64,000 nucleotides of DNA from contig NW_003314268.1 of NCBI RefSeq assembly GCF_000143415.4, positions 201,117 through 265,116 on the forward strand, read 5' to 3'. Every line of letters begins with the position of its first letter. Position 1 is the first letter of the stretch. Origin of the DNA: Selaginella moellendorffii (Eukaryota; Plantae; Lycopodiophyta). This document shows, piece by piece, positions 1 through 13,582 of this stretch. The notes under the pieces were generated by a model, which ran no database searches, was not told where the DNA came from, and was given only the letters and a program-made list of their open reading frames with translations. The position numbers and the translations under genes are program-made.

Positions 1-3000
1 ACGAAAGCGAACCAAACATTGTTCACTGTAGCAACCTTGAGATCACTGAGAAGTCCCGGTTGCAAGTTGGGATAGCTCGCATAAAGATGAAGAACAATGA
101 GGTAATCGAGGACAGCATCGCCTAAATACTCCAGCCGCTGACAACTAACCAGTGTTAGTCCAGCTCCAAAAGTTACTTGTTTACCTGATACGATCGAACG
201 CTGGAAGAAGCATGAGTGAACGCTTCAACAAGGAAGCATTTGTTTCGAAAGGTATAGCCGATTATCTTTTCCAGATTGCAGATATCGTCAACTTCAGAAG
301 CTTGGCATGAGAACACAGGTACTAAACACCTGTCAACCAGCTTAAATCCTGCCCAGGTCATGAAGTGATAGGCAGCATCAGCGGAGTTGTCAGTAATGTA
401 TGCACCGATGATGGCCTCCATTACATCTGCAACCGATTTTCTTCGCAGACAACGATGCCCTTTGTCACAGAACTTCCGTCCTAAAAGCTTTTCGTGACTG
501 GCCAAAGAAGAGCAAGGGACCGGTGCAATCCAATCCTTTGGCTCAAACTGCCCGTCTCTGATGTACGTCTGTAAGTTCTGTTGAAGAGACTAGAAACATG
601 TTATTGCATGCTTACCACCAATCCTCTTTGTACACCAAGCCTGTGCAAATTGCTGTTAGAGATCTGCTCTTCACGCCTTTGACTAAGAAAGCCTTCTTGT
701 TCTTCCGGATATTCAGACACCAAGTGCAAGCTCAGTGCAAATTTGAGGAATGAATCGCCTAAAAACTCGAGTCTCTCGAGAGAAAAGCCTTCGTTACAGC
801 TTGCAGAAGTCAGTGCCATCAACATCTGCAGGGAAAAAAGAAAAATGAAAACAATAAAAATATGAACGCGAACAGCATTTTACCATGGTTGTAGTCATGT
901 GAATGCCCACGAGTTTCGTCAGCTGTGCAGCAGAACTTAGACATTCTAGCCGGTAGATAACGGAAGGAAGCACCATTACGGACGCCACAACGGAGTAGTC
1001 AAGTTCTGGTTCTAAGAGAATGCAAAGCTCGGGCGGCAGCTCAATAGTCGATTTCCTATGCGACGTGCCAGGCATGTCTGTTGAACGTGGCAGTAAATAG
1101 TTTTGCACATCGCCAAGCATCTTCACTTTCAGAAGGGGTTGGGCTGGATATTGCAGTTTCATATTATGCCTGTAAGTCGCTCCTCACAATCAGAAACGAA
1201 GAAGGAACTCACAAATCTTACCTTTTCAAGAAGTAGTCGGAATAAGTAATATATTTGGGATTGGAAAACGGGCTTTGCGCGGTTGTGTCCTTAAGAACAC
1301 CCAAAAGAGAATAAAAAACTGGTTCATTGGTATGCTTTGTAAGAATCAGTCCTCCTTTGATATCTGTAGCTCGAAGCGAATAGTTTGCAAAATGTAAAAC
1401 ACTTTTGTCATCGTTGTCTGAGACAATTGATGGAGGTGTGAGAGACTGAACGCATTTCCAGTCTACATCTATCTTGCCAGGAAGCAGTGGCAGAAGTAAG
1501 TATTGCTGGAGATGGATTGGAGGTAGTCGTCGTTGCCATAGGATAGGAAAAACTATTTCGTAGAACCGATTTACGGCAGCAATCTTGAAAATCGGAGCAT
1601 AAGTCAAAACATAATACACAAAAGCGACAAAACTTACCTTGTCACTGTCTAAGATGATATTTTGCACGGAGCCTAGCTGAACCACAACATTTCTTCCACG
1701 TCCCAGATTCAGTTCGAAGCGTTCAACTTCGACGCTGGCATCCAGCTTTGATGACAAGAACAGTGCGAAATTACGATAGGATAAGCTGTCGTCACTGGAG
1801 CTAAAGGAAAGCACGTAGGTGTGGAAGGTCAGATTTTCAGAAAACACACCCAACTTTCCTTGTAAAATATCAGGTATGATCGTCTCGTACATATCCATGT
1901 CATCTGAATGTGATATAACGTGATTACATTAAGAAAATGATAGGAGATTGAACACACCTGAGGTAATTGAGACACTTTTGGAGATATTAGCAGCCCGAAC
2001 TGGACGCAAATTATCCGATAGTGCCCCAGCCATGTGTAGCTTTCGACAGGCTTCCAGGCATGCAGCCTTTCTTGCCAATTCCTCCGTTGCACATCTTTTG
2101 CCTTTGATGTATTTGACGGTGCAGATATCAGGAAGTGTCACGTTACAAGTTGTTCCCCCGTCTTCACCCTTGTAGAACAGAAAATTCGGATGTGCGTCAT
2201 TCCTATAAATCCTACACTTAAGCAAGAATGAAACGGTATATAAAAGAGTTACCCAAGTGTCGAGCAGTATTGGTGGAGTAACGAAACACTTGAATCGATG
2301 TTCACGACCGCACCCGTGGACTCAACATGATAGGCATCTTTCTGGAGATAAAAAAGTTGATGTTCATAGGTATCCTGAACACTATGTAGCTGCCCATGCA
2401 TCAACTTTTCCCCTTCTAGTATTGCATGTAAGAGTTTCTCCTCGTTGAGGTTCCCACTGGAGGAAAACAGGTGAGATAACCGGAATTGAAAGAAAGTAGG
2501 CTCACGATTCCATCAGAATAACGTAGTCAGATCCTTGTTTACGTGCACGGCCCCTTGACTGAATACTGCTACGCTCGGTTTTAGGCATGTTGAATCGTAT
2601 AACAAGAGAACAGCTTTGAATATCAAGGCCTTCTTCAGCAACATTAGTCGCCACAATGACATTAGCCTGTAATGAACAGTTATATAGCATTGTTGCATAA
2701 GAGAAATCAGAGAAACTCGATTTTCACCTTTCCAGCACGAAAGTCTTCCAATGAGTTTCTCTGAGTTGCCAGAGTTAAGCCCTTCAACTTATTTCTGTGA
2801 CTTGCTACACACTGTGCTCTAACGTAGGGACGAGAGTTCAAAAGCAGAGTTAAAACCTTGGCTGCAATCACTCTCTCAACAAACACAATACAACGAAGAT
2901 CTTGGGCAGACCTGCATAACAAAGCCGTAACAGTTATTAGTGTGATTGGGGAAAATTATGTCTCACTTGTACTCATCAAGCACATCCAGTAAAAGTTGGA

Positions 3001-4447
3001 CTTTAGAAGAAATGGCACGGATTTGATCATCTGCAGTACCTGTCCAAGAACGCACTTGTCAGTTAAAACTTACTATATGTTACCGTCCAAAATCGCTTTC
3101 TCTTCCAGAATGTTTAGCACACGCCTCAAGAATGCGGCCTCCGCATCACGTCCTTTTCCGTCACAGCCAGCGAGCATAATCTCTGCCGCCTGTAATACGA
3201 GATTTCGTAAGTTCCCAAATTGTTTAGCCCAACCTTTCTTGCAGAGAAGAGGCCCAACTCAAAGAGACAGTAGTTCAGAGTGTTGTATATCTTATTTACA
3301 GCTTGCCTTTCTTCTGGAAGTCCAAATTCTCTGGTTAAGTTCTGAAATGTGCAACATGTGTTAAACAATAACAAGCTAATTCTTTCAGTTGACCTCGAAA
3401 CGATTGTCGATGTCCGTTGTACGATGCTTGCCTTTCGTGTCTGGCAAGTACTCCTTGATTTTCATATCAGATGATGGTAAAAAGCTAGTTAGCTCTTCAT
3501 CTGCGAAAGTGATAATCTGTGACAAAAGACCAGCGGGTCCATCAAATGAGACTTTAGATAGACAACAACCTTTGAGCGTAGCATAGTTTCAAGGCAATCA
3601 AAACTTTCTTTGAAAGCTTGTGGACCGCTCCACGTCTTGCCTGTAAATGCAGGTGAGGTTCATGCAGACAACATCCTCGTACCTTTTCCAACAATGGGTG
3701 ACGCCGTCATGCCCAATATTCTCGGACACTTAGCTTCAGGCTTGTGATAAAACTCCTGTGAATGCAGTAACACTATCAGAAAACGAAGCAGAAGAAAGTT
3801 TAAAACCCAGCACTTACGCTCATGATATTCGCATAAGGATGCCCCTTGGCACAGTGATGACATTCGTCAAAAATTAGCAGCTCAACATGATCCGGATTGA
3901 AAAATCGATGGCGAAGGTTGTCCAGCAGAATCGCAGGAGTCATAACAAAAACCTGTAGGCTCCACGCAAGAAGAGTAAAGCCAAAGTTAATAGAAAGAAA
4001 GAACCTCTTGCTTTTGAAGATGCGTTGTCCACCAATGAACATCCATGGTGGAAGTTCCACCGACGTAAGTACCAACGTAAAGGTCAGTGTAGCGCTCAAT
4101 GACCTCGGCTTGCTGCCAACCATATAAAAAGTCGAAAATACTAGCACGATAGAAAGCAAGATGCTAACCTGCTCGCAAAGGCTCACTGTTGGGGCCAAAA
4201 ACACGCAAATCCCTTTCTCTGGCTTGCGAAATAAGTGAGAAAGTGAGCGAATGAGAAGCACAGCGATCATCGTTTTGCCACACCCAGTTTCCAGGCACAC
4301 GATCGTGTTCATTGCCAGTGCTTTCTCGAATAGAAATGTTTGATAGCTAAGAAACAAGATTTTTCAGCTGCATTGATGGGAAATCCATCTTTGTTACCTG
4401 CGCGGATTCGGCTCCTCGCACAATCGCCGTTCTGCGAGCTCGGCCAT
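1..4447 (-). CDS. DCL: Dicer-like endoribonuclease (DExD helicase, helicase C, DUF283, PAZ, RNase IIIa, RNase IIIb); multi-exon, 3' end outside window; resembles DCL2/DCL4 type
   Basis: Exon translations: ETGCGKT Walker A, LLIFDECHH, GMTASP, VATNVAEEGLDIQSC and QSRGRAR (helicase C), YHVESTGA...LLHQYCSTL and ARKAACLEACRKLH (DUF283), YITYSDYF...QPLL...ELPPELC (PAZ), ERLEFLGDSFL and KSVADVMEAIIGA (RNase IIIa), EAFTHAS and RLEYLGDAVL (RNase IIIb). Proposed ATG at 4447 (MAELAERRLCEEPNPR, then GT-AG intron). Confidence 0.95.
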
Positions 4448-4529
4448 TGAAATTTCGATCGATTGGAGCCGATTGAAGCTGGACGATTGGCGCCAAGAGA
4501 GAAACCCTACGCTATGGCGGGGAGGGAAA

Positions 4530-7500
4530 CTAGAAACTTTTAAAAGCAAAGCATAACGTGAGAAACCCTAATGCCACTCCCACAGGAAGTATTCTCGCAC
4601 GGGCTGGAGCGATCGCCCATGGCAGAGGTAGATTTCTCCTCCTGTTTGCTTCCCGCCGCTCCGGAGCTGGATCTTTCTCCACGGATCGAAGGCGCTCGAT
4701 GATCAGCGGGAAAATGTCGGTGTGGCTGCTCTCCCCGATCCATAGATCCGAATGGCCATAGCTCGTCATCACGAAGCGAGCGTGATCGAAGGTGGGATGG
4801 TGTTTCTTCATGAATTCGTGCGCTTGCTCAGACATTTGTGGTGTTGCCAGGATTGGTTTGCCTCCGGAGATGTAAGTCGTGGGAAGCGCGAGCCTCTCCG
4901 GTTTTGTCATGTAAGTTTCTTGTCCCCTGGCATCTACTATATGGCCAGCTCTCGCGATCTTTCTTAGATGTGGGAAAGCTTGCAGTGGTAGAACGGGTAC
5001 CGCTTGGCTCACAAGCCAGTCGTGCATTTCTTTTCTTACGTTCTCGTGCCAGAATGTGTTGCCAAATATGCCTGAGAAAATGCTGCATTCGTCGCTCACG
5101 CAGCACTCCGTTCGTGGTATCGCTCGAGCTATTGCTCGGATAAGTTTGTGTCTTGTTGGTAGTTTTTGTTCACGCTTCTGATTGGTGATTGGAAGTGTTT
5201 TATGATCTCCCAGAATTTTCATGGATATCTGCGGAAATCTTTGTTAGCTCGTGCACTGATTCTTAAAACTTACAGGTATCAGAGGAAGTGCCATTTTCAC
5301 CAATGCCGCTGGAACCAGGCTGAAAAACATTGACGAGTTTGTGCAGACCAGTGAAGCAACACGAGAGACAGGTAAGTGTCCTCCCATTATGGCCATATGA
5401 ATCAGTAGTCCGCCGATGCAATGCGCAATGACGTGAGCACAAGCTGGGCCATTTTTTGATTGTTCCATTCTTTCAAACGCTGCAAAACTCGTTAGCTGAC
5501 TCTACTTTGCGTGTATGTGATGCAGCTTACCTGCTGGAATGTCAAACTTCGCAATGTCATCAAGATCAAACTTTTCTTGGCCGGGGTGAGATGGGTGAAC
5601 TCTTGTCTGCAACAGCCATACCTCATATCCATTTTGCAGAAGCGTTCGGACCATATCTTGTGGCTCGGTAGGGAGGCAGAAGCTTTCAGTGGAGTAGCCA
5701 TTCAAAAGCAGCACCAGTCCTTTCTTCTGGTCCATGGAAAGTGGCCATTGTTTACAGGTAACTTTTGCTCCATCTTCTGCAAGCAACATCGTACTGTGCA
5801 TTAGGACCGCTTGAAGTAGCATCACCTGTTTTTTGCACTTACTGGTTTGCATCTCATGATGAACATAACTAGGATAGTCGAGTACTTCGTTTTCCGTTCT
5901 GACATTTACTTCGGAAGGTTGATCAATTTGCCGGGGACGTCCAGAAAAGTATGTTTGCAGCAGACTCGATAGCAACTGCTTAAGAAACGAAAATTTCCCT
6001 GGTCCTTTCAAGCTTATCAACGACCTCAGAAGATTGAAGACACTGACGTGCAAAGTTCCCTGGAGTACTGAAGGGTTGGCACTCTCCTTGCCTGAAAGAT
6101 CGACGAGCTGTGCGTTAAGTGTGGTCGATTCCTTATAGATCCAGAGACCGCAGAGGAAGGGCCTCATCTCTTTTTTTGCCATCAACAAGAACCTGCCAGT
6201 CTGCTCGTCACTTTCTGGATTTCTAGGACTTCACTTACCGGCGGCCTGAAGACGTGGATAGAAGCAGATGGTAACGCATAAACTGAGTGAAGGGAGACTT
6301 CTCGCTCAGCGAACACAGGTTGACGTATCCGTCCAAGACATGCAAGGGGTCCTTTTCTAGCAACGGGATGAGCAGCTTTCCTCCTACTTGGCCATGGAGA
6401 ATGGTTGTGCAGTTCGTCGTTTTCGAAACTATATGCATTGTTAGCTTCAACGTGCAAGGTATGCCATCGAAACTTCCGTCGAGTGTCTCATTGACAATAG
6501 TAACTTTGCTGGTTTTCAGTGGCTCGTCCTGGACAGGATGTTCCAAGGAACTCAAGCTTTGCCTTCGCGAGAAGAGGTAATATTTTGCATCCTTTGCTAT
6601 GCAGCTTGATACCTTTTCTGCCACAATTGCTATAGTGCCTACTGGATTGACGCCTATCGAACATGGAATTACCGATGCATCACAGATGTATAAGCCTGCA
6701 TGGACATTCTTGTTGCTCCTTTCATCACTGTTATGAGCGTTGGCTTGATTACTTGCAGGTGGAGCGTAAACCTGTCCACTCGGACTCGTGACCCCGGAAG
6801 TGATGCTCGTCGAAACATTGCAGCCTCCTAGGAGATGCACCGAGTTGCTCCGGAAGCGAGGTAGAAAGAGCTTCCCGTCAAGTTTAGAAGCAATCTTCTT
6901 AACTCGTTCGAGTTTTTTGCAGAAGAGCAAGTCACTGGATGCCTGGTACGTGATTTTTCCAGATTTCTCGTTCAAGGTAACGTGTCCATCCCCGGAGTCA
7001 TAGCTTATCAAATTAAGTTGAAGTTCCTGAATGTTCTGTCTAGTTATCCACTGCATGAACTGGTCCCAAAGAGCATGAATGATTCCCCAGCTGACTGGCC
7101 ACCTGTTTATGAGGATTCCTTTCAAGATTACGTAGGAACTTGCTTTCGGGATTGCTGAAGCCTATGGTCGTAGAAGTTAGAGCTTTGATGCATTGCGAAA
7201 TGTTACCTGAATGGTGAAGCCGAGAGAGGAGGTGTGCGAGCTGGAAATAGATGGGCCTGGTCTTAGTGGGAGCGGCGTGCTTGGAAACTTTTCCTTTCCT
7301 AGTCCGCGTACTTGAGTTTGTGCAGAGGCTTCTGTTACGAATGCAATGTTGTTTCCATTGCAACTGACTCCTCTCCCCAGCTTTTCTGAAAGTTGCAAGC
7401 CTCGCTCTTTTGATCTGAGCAAGATCCCAGTCGTTCCTAAAACACCAGCTGAGAAAGAAGAAGGCAGATGAAAGTCAGCAACCTCTGGAGTGTCAAGTTT

Positions 7501-8452
7501 TTCTTACCGGATAACACGACGTAATCTGCTGAGATGTAGTCCACTGAGTTTTCATGAACTCGCCATCTCCTGCTTTGAGCCTTGCCAAAGGGAGCCTGGA
7601 AGTGGCTGCTTGTAGCTTTTGGACTTTGGCTTACGAACAGGACTTCTCTCTCGGTGTAGATTTGAGCTCCTGCCTGCAAAAGTTTTGTTTTTTGCTCTAC
7701 CAAAAACTAAACTTTTTGGCTTCGACATACCTGTGCAGCGAGCTGGATATAATTCTTGTCAGTGGAGCTCTTGGCGTTGTAAGAGCATCCTGTTAAACAG
7801 TTCCCACAGGCAACGCAGGCATCCTGTGCTGCTCCAGCGACACTTTTCTTACTCGAGAATGTCATGGTAAGCTTCACTGGAACTCTAGACATGTCTTCGA
7901 TATCTTCTACAAGCTTATCCATGATCTGTGTCTTAGGAAAGTCGTGGGGCACACTCTCGGGCTGCAAGATCTCTTGTGCCTTCGCCTCAAACTCGTCCCA
8001 GTCTCTGTCCCACTCTTCCGGCCAGCGCGGATCACGGCGAGCTCTTCGAGGCGTCGGCATGATCACTCCAGCGTTCACCAGAGATCCGCCTCCAAGCCCA
8101 GACGCTGTCACGGCGAGTGAATCTCCATCAACATACACCTGAGAACATTAACAACATCAAAGGTGAGTGAGAGGTCTTTCTTCTTTCAAGCTTTGCTCGC
8201 CTCGTATAACGAGTTCTTCCTTCCAAAGCTGCCGAATCCAGTGTGGAAGCGCATGGTGGAAAGAAGCTGCCACACATTCGTTGGAAAATCCCGAGGCTCC
8301 CATCGCTTGCCTTTCTCCAAAACGCAGACGCTCAAACCAGCTTGAGCGAGCCGGCACGCAGCGATGGCTCCGCCATAGCCAGAGCCCACCACTACAACAT
8401 CGAAGGTGCGAGGCGGAGAAGCCATCTCAAAACGATACCGCGTTCTTCTCAT
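4530..8452 (-). CDS. GMC oxidoreductase (cholesterol oxidase-like) fused to alpha/beta-hydrolase with C-terminal TM helix, copy 1; multi-exon
   Basis: VVVGSGYGG FAD dinucleotide motif, GLGGGSLVNAG, CVACGNCLTGC, HLLGGC, GVNP. Hydrolase half: LLLLNGY, VIAHCIGG, YGHSDL. Hydrophobic tail ILPVGVALGFLTLCFAF. GT-AG introns link the exons. Confidence 0.9.
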
Positions 8453-8629
8453 TTGCTTGAAAGCTATTTTATAGGAGCTCTCGCATGTTGGAGTTTATGA
8501 GAAGAACAAACGACCTTGCTTGAATCATTCTTGTCTTTGTGAAAAGAACAAACGTCAATATTCAATCTTGGTCCTGTTCACAAGGAATTTTCTTTTTATC
8601 TCCTTTCTCAAGCATTTTTGGCGGGAATT

Positions 8630-11600
8630 TCAAATTCTAGAGCTAGGGTTTATCAGGGCAAGCAAGCACAGCATGGCGATCGCGAGCAGCGCCATCAGGA
8701 TGGCCACGGCGCTCCTCCCAGCGGCTTTCTTGTGGCCGGCCAGTGGCTCCTCCCACGGCAATATCGCGTTCTTCTGCAGATTATCGCTCGGATCGCTCCG
8801 CTCGGCGGATTTTAGGCGTTCCAGCACCAGCGGGAACACGTCCTCGTGCGAATGCTCTCCGATCCACAGGTCAGAGTGTCCGTAATCTGGAATCACGACT
8901 CGAGCGTGGCTGAATCCAGGGTGATGCCGCTTCATGAATCCGTGCGCGCGGAGAGAGGTCTCTGGAGTGACGAGAATGGGGCGGCCGCCGGAGATATACG
9001 TGGTGTGGACTGCTAGCCTCTCCGGATGAGCCATGTAAGTCTCCTCTTCTCCTTCACTGTCGACTATGTGTCCCGCTAGAGCGATTGATCGCAAATGTGG
9101 AAATCCTGCCATTGGAAGAACTGGCACTGCCTTCTTGTTCAGCCAGTCGTGCATTTCTAGCCCGACGTTTTGGTGCCAGAATGTGCTGCCGAAAATTCCT
9201 GAGAAAACATTGCATTCATCGCAGGGACAGCTTTCAGTGCGTGGTATCGCTCGAGCGATTGAGCGCAGTAGTCTGTGTCGCCACGGCATTGATTCTTCTT
9301 TAGGAGGACTTATCGGCACGATGGTGTTCTTTCCCAGGATTTTCATAGAAATCTGTAGAAAAACGTAGAGATGTAATTCTCAGTTGGTAGATGGCTAACG
9401 CAAAAAACTACTTACAGGGATGAGAGGCAGAGTCAACTTCACGAGCGCTGATGGAACCAAGTTGAAGAACATGGACGAGTTTGTGCAAACTAGCGATGCG
9501 ATCGACGATGGAGGTATGTGTCCACCCATCAAGCTCATGTGAATTGATAGTCCTCCTATGCAGTGAGCAATAACGTGTGCCGCTATCTGCTTTTTCTTGA
9601 CTTGGTTTATCTTCGCAAACGCTGCAAATTTTAGCGATTAAAATTTTCCTCCTTGAAAAAACAGGAACATACCAGATGGAATGTCGAAGTGAGCAATATC
9701 GTCGAAAGTGAAGGAATATTTTGCTGGATGCAGTGGATGCAAACGTGTTTGCAGCAGCCAAGGTTCGTAATCATTCTGTATCAGCGTTCGTATGATGTCA
9801 TTACTTTCCGTAGGAAGGCAGAAGCTCTCCGTGGAGTAACCATTGAGCAACAAAACCACTCTGGAGTTGTGGCTCTCCGCAGCATCTTTTGAGCACCATT
9901 GCTTGCAGGTAATGTGGACACCGTCCTCTACAGCCATCCATCATGCTTGTGTCAGAATGACTGCCTGTTAAGAAATTTGTTTCGTACCTGTCACGAGTTC
10001 GTGAAGCACGTAGTTTGGATAGTTGTTTGTCAAGTTTTGTTTCCTGGTCACCTTCTCTGTTGGTGTCCTTGGTGTTCTCATCAAGTACGTCCTAGCAAGT
10101 GTTTCCATCAGCCGTCCTACAAACTCCCGCTTCCTTGGTCCTCGCAAGGATATTAGCGACTTAAGTAACTCGGGAAGAGTTACTCGCAACTTTCCTTTCA
10201 GGACAACCGGTTTTGATGACTCCTGCTGAGTTCGAACAACGACATGTAGCGTGGTCGACTCATAGAAGCACTTTAAGCCGCTCATGAATGGTCTCATCTC
10301 TTTCCGTCCGTCCAAAGTATACCTTCACAAACCATAGCATGTTTTGCATGAGACCAGACCAGATTTAGAGGAGGAAGGAAAACTTACCTGGTGCCCGTGT
10401 TTGTTGACAGAAGCAGGTGATAATGCATATACTGAGTGAAAGGAGTTTTTCCATCGACATGGCACATATTTACGTATCCGTCAACCACATATAGAGGACC
10501 TGGTTCCAGCGAAGGAATAAGAACATCGCCTCCAACATATCCACGCAGGAGAGGATGACTATCTCCAAACAAACGATTGCTTGCAGGCGTATCTTTGTCT
10601 TGTCCCATATGCATCACCAGTCGCAGTGTGCAAGGAGCTCCTCCAATATTTCCTTTCAATTTTTCGTGGATAATGACATAGCTGCACTGCATTTCGGAAG
10701 CAAGTCGCGAGTTGAGGTATGTTCTTGATTTTAAATTACTAAGATCGCCAGTAAATACTTTGTGCTGAAACTTTTGTGACAGGTAGTTCTGCGCATCGTT
10801 GACAATGCCATTCGCAACTCTCTCTGCCACTATTGAGATCGTGCTGACCGGATTCAGTCCAACTGAGCATGGAATCAAAGAGGCGTCGCAAACGTACAGG
10901 CCTGCGTGAACTTTTGTTGTCTTCCTGAACTGACCGTTGCTCGTCTCAGGGAAGAAAATCTGGCCGTTTGCGTTTGCCACGCCGGTGGATGAGTCTGTTG
11001 CTGCGTTGCAACCTCCCAAAAGATGAACGGCAGCACTTCTGAAGCGACTCATGTACAGCTTCCCACGAAGGCGAGCTGCCAACTTTTCAGCGGTCCGAAG
11101 CTTATGATGAAAAAGTAAGTCCTTCGCTGCACTGTATGCCACTCTTCCTGTTACCTTGTCTAGCTTGATTTGCCCGTCAGCAGCGTCATATCCCATCATA
11201 TTCAATACCAGAGCTTGGCTGTTCTGCGTTCCTGTCCATTGTTTGACTTGTTCCCAGATACCAGTGAGAAACCCGTAGTCCCCTAGGCCATAAGTAATGA
11301 CTCCCCTTAGTAGAAATTCTGGAGCAGCTTGAGGAATACAAGAGCCCTGAAAGAGGTGTTTAGCTTGATATAAGCTTATTTCACTCATATTACCTGTATT
11401 GTAAAGCCAAGTGATGATGTATGTGAACTTGATATGACTGGACCAGGACGTAGCTGCATGGGAGTCCTTGAGAAATCTTCTTCTCGAAGTCCTTGAGCTT
11501 GAGTCTGTGCGGCTGTGCCTGTTATGTAAGCTATATTATTTCCATTGCAGCTAACTCCGTATCCCAACTGTTGGGACAGTTGTAGGCCTCGCTCTTTTGA

Positions 11601-12648
11601 TCGTAAGAGGATCCCATTCGTGCCAAGAACACCAGCTGAAGAAAGAAGGGGCAGCAAATATTAGCAACGAAAGTTTCGAGCTTCTACAAGATAGTACCGG
11701 CTACGATGATGTAGTCTGCCGAAATATAATCCACTTCATTCAGGTGCACACGCCATCTTCTTGTAGCTACTGATTTGCAATTTGCTCCATCATTGCAGGG
11801 TTGACAACAGAATTCTTCTGAGTTCTCGGTGATGAACATCACTTCCGTCTGCGTGCAAATTCTGGCTCCGGCCTGCACATGCGATTTCCGTAAGAAGATG
11901 TGCCTTCATATTTGGCTGGAAAAGTACCTGTGCGGCTAGTTCGAGGTAATTTTTGTCTGTTGAGCTCTTTGCGTTGTACCTGCATCCTGATAGACAGTTA
12001 CCGCATGAAATGCATTCGTTTTGTGTAACTCCAGCAGCATTCTTCTTCTGATTGAAACTTATTGTCAACTTCATGGAATCTCTTGCTGCGTCCTCTATCT
12101 CGTTTGCAATTTTGTCTAGCACTTTTGATTTTGGAGCCTCGTGCAGGATTTCTTCAGGCTCCAGAATGCTGTGAGATTTTGCTTCGTATAGATCCCAGTC
12201 TTCCTGCCACTCGCTTGGCCAGTTTGGATGCATTCGTGCTCTTTTCGGTGTGGGCACGATAATTCCAGCATTCACTAGCGAGCCTCCTCCCAGTCCTGAC
12301 CCAACTAGAGCGACAGAGTCTCCGTGGCTGTGCACCTGTAAACATGGACTAACTGTGTGTATATATGTTTTAACAGGAGAAGTACAATGCTATCCAGTAA
12401 CTCACCTCATAGAGTGCATCCTTCTTCCCAATGCTTCCAAATGGAGTAAGAAAACGCGTGCTGGAAAGCAATTTCCAGGGCGTTGCTGGAAACTGGTGAG
12501 GCTCCCATCGTCTTCCTTTCTCGAGAATGCACACACGGATTCCTGCTTCTGCGAGTCGATATGCAGCAATCGATCCTCCATAGCCAGATCCAACAACAAC
12601 CGCGTCGTACCCGACTTGGATGGTACGTTCCACTTGCGTTTGAGACAT
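8630..12648 (-). CDS. GMC oxidoreductase (cholesterol oxidase-like)-alpha/beta-hydrolase fusion, copy 2; multi-exon
   Basis: Same motifs and exon structure as copy 1 (GSGYGG, GLGGGSLVNAG, CISCGNCLSGC, HLLGGC, GLNP, AHCIGG, YGHSDL, tail AVAILMALLAIAMLCLLAL). ATG MSQTQ at 12648. Confidence 0.9.
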
Positions 12649-13582
12649 AACTCGTCTCACTTTTGTTCTCCCCTCTTTGTTCTCCCCTCTTACAGAAATT
12701 CACCCTCGTCGAGATGTTCTAGGGACAAAGAACTGCCTATCAAGGTACCATCCTTCAGCACAACACGCATACAAATTTGACGTTGAATTTGTTTCGTTTA
12801 CTTTTTTATTTTTTGGTAGACTTTAACATCCTCACTTTAATATGATTAGCACTAGTCCTTACTATATTGTTAGGATCGGACTCACTCCTTTAAAGAAAAA
12901 AAATTAAGATTGAGGAGAAAGTGAGAAATAAAGTGGAAGAGAAAAAAAAAATAGCAATTGTTAAAAGGAAATAAGAAAAAAAAATTGCTCAAACTTTTTG
13001 TTATAAAAAAAACACAAAAATCCTATATAACAAGGCTTATAAAATACTTTGGCAAAAATTAAAGAGATTGGTTAAACCTTGTTGATACTAAACTATGGGA
13101 AGATAAGTGGACTTTTAAGACTGTTCATTCATGAAGGAAAAAAAAAAACTCCTCAACAACAATAGTAAAATAAAAATTCTTAATTGCTAAACCACTAGTC
13201 AACATGCATTGCTATCATCCGAGTCAAAAAAATGAGCTAGAAAAACTCACTATACTCCAGTGGCGACAAACTCCAGCACTAACTGGCAAGTGCAGCTAAT
13301 GATAAGTCTAACATGCTCTCTCTTGTTCTAATTGAGGTATGGAGACATTGGATTGGTTTGACAAGCACCACCACTTGATGCAGCCATATAGTGGTCATAA
13401 GTTCCCAAATAGCATGGAATTGGAAGCACACAAAAGGGTTTAAAGGATGCTCTTTCTTAGCTAACAATGTAATAGTTTCAGATGATGGGGCTTGCTCTCA
13501 CGGACAGTGTAATGGAGCAGTGCATCCTCCCTGATTTGTTTGCATCAAATCACAAGTTGTGATCACCATTGTACTGGCAGAT

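Noticed and set aside
6168-6195. Possible compensated frameshift in fusion copy 1 (RFLLMAKKEM vs RYTLDGRKEM around an A7 run)
   Set aside because: Net frame and length are preserved, so the gene remains open and there is no evidence of disruption.
12780-13560. AT-rich spacer with a short ORF (13279-13467) between fusion copies 2 and 3
   Set aside because: No recognisable domain or terminal repeats; cannot support a feature.
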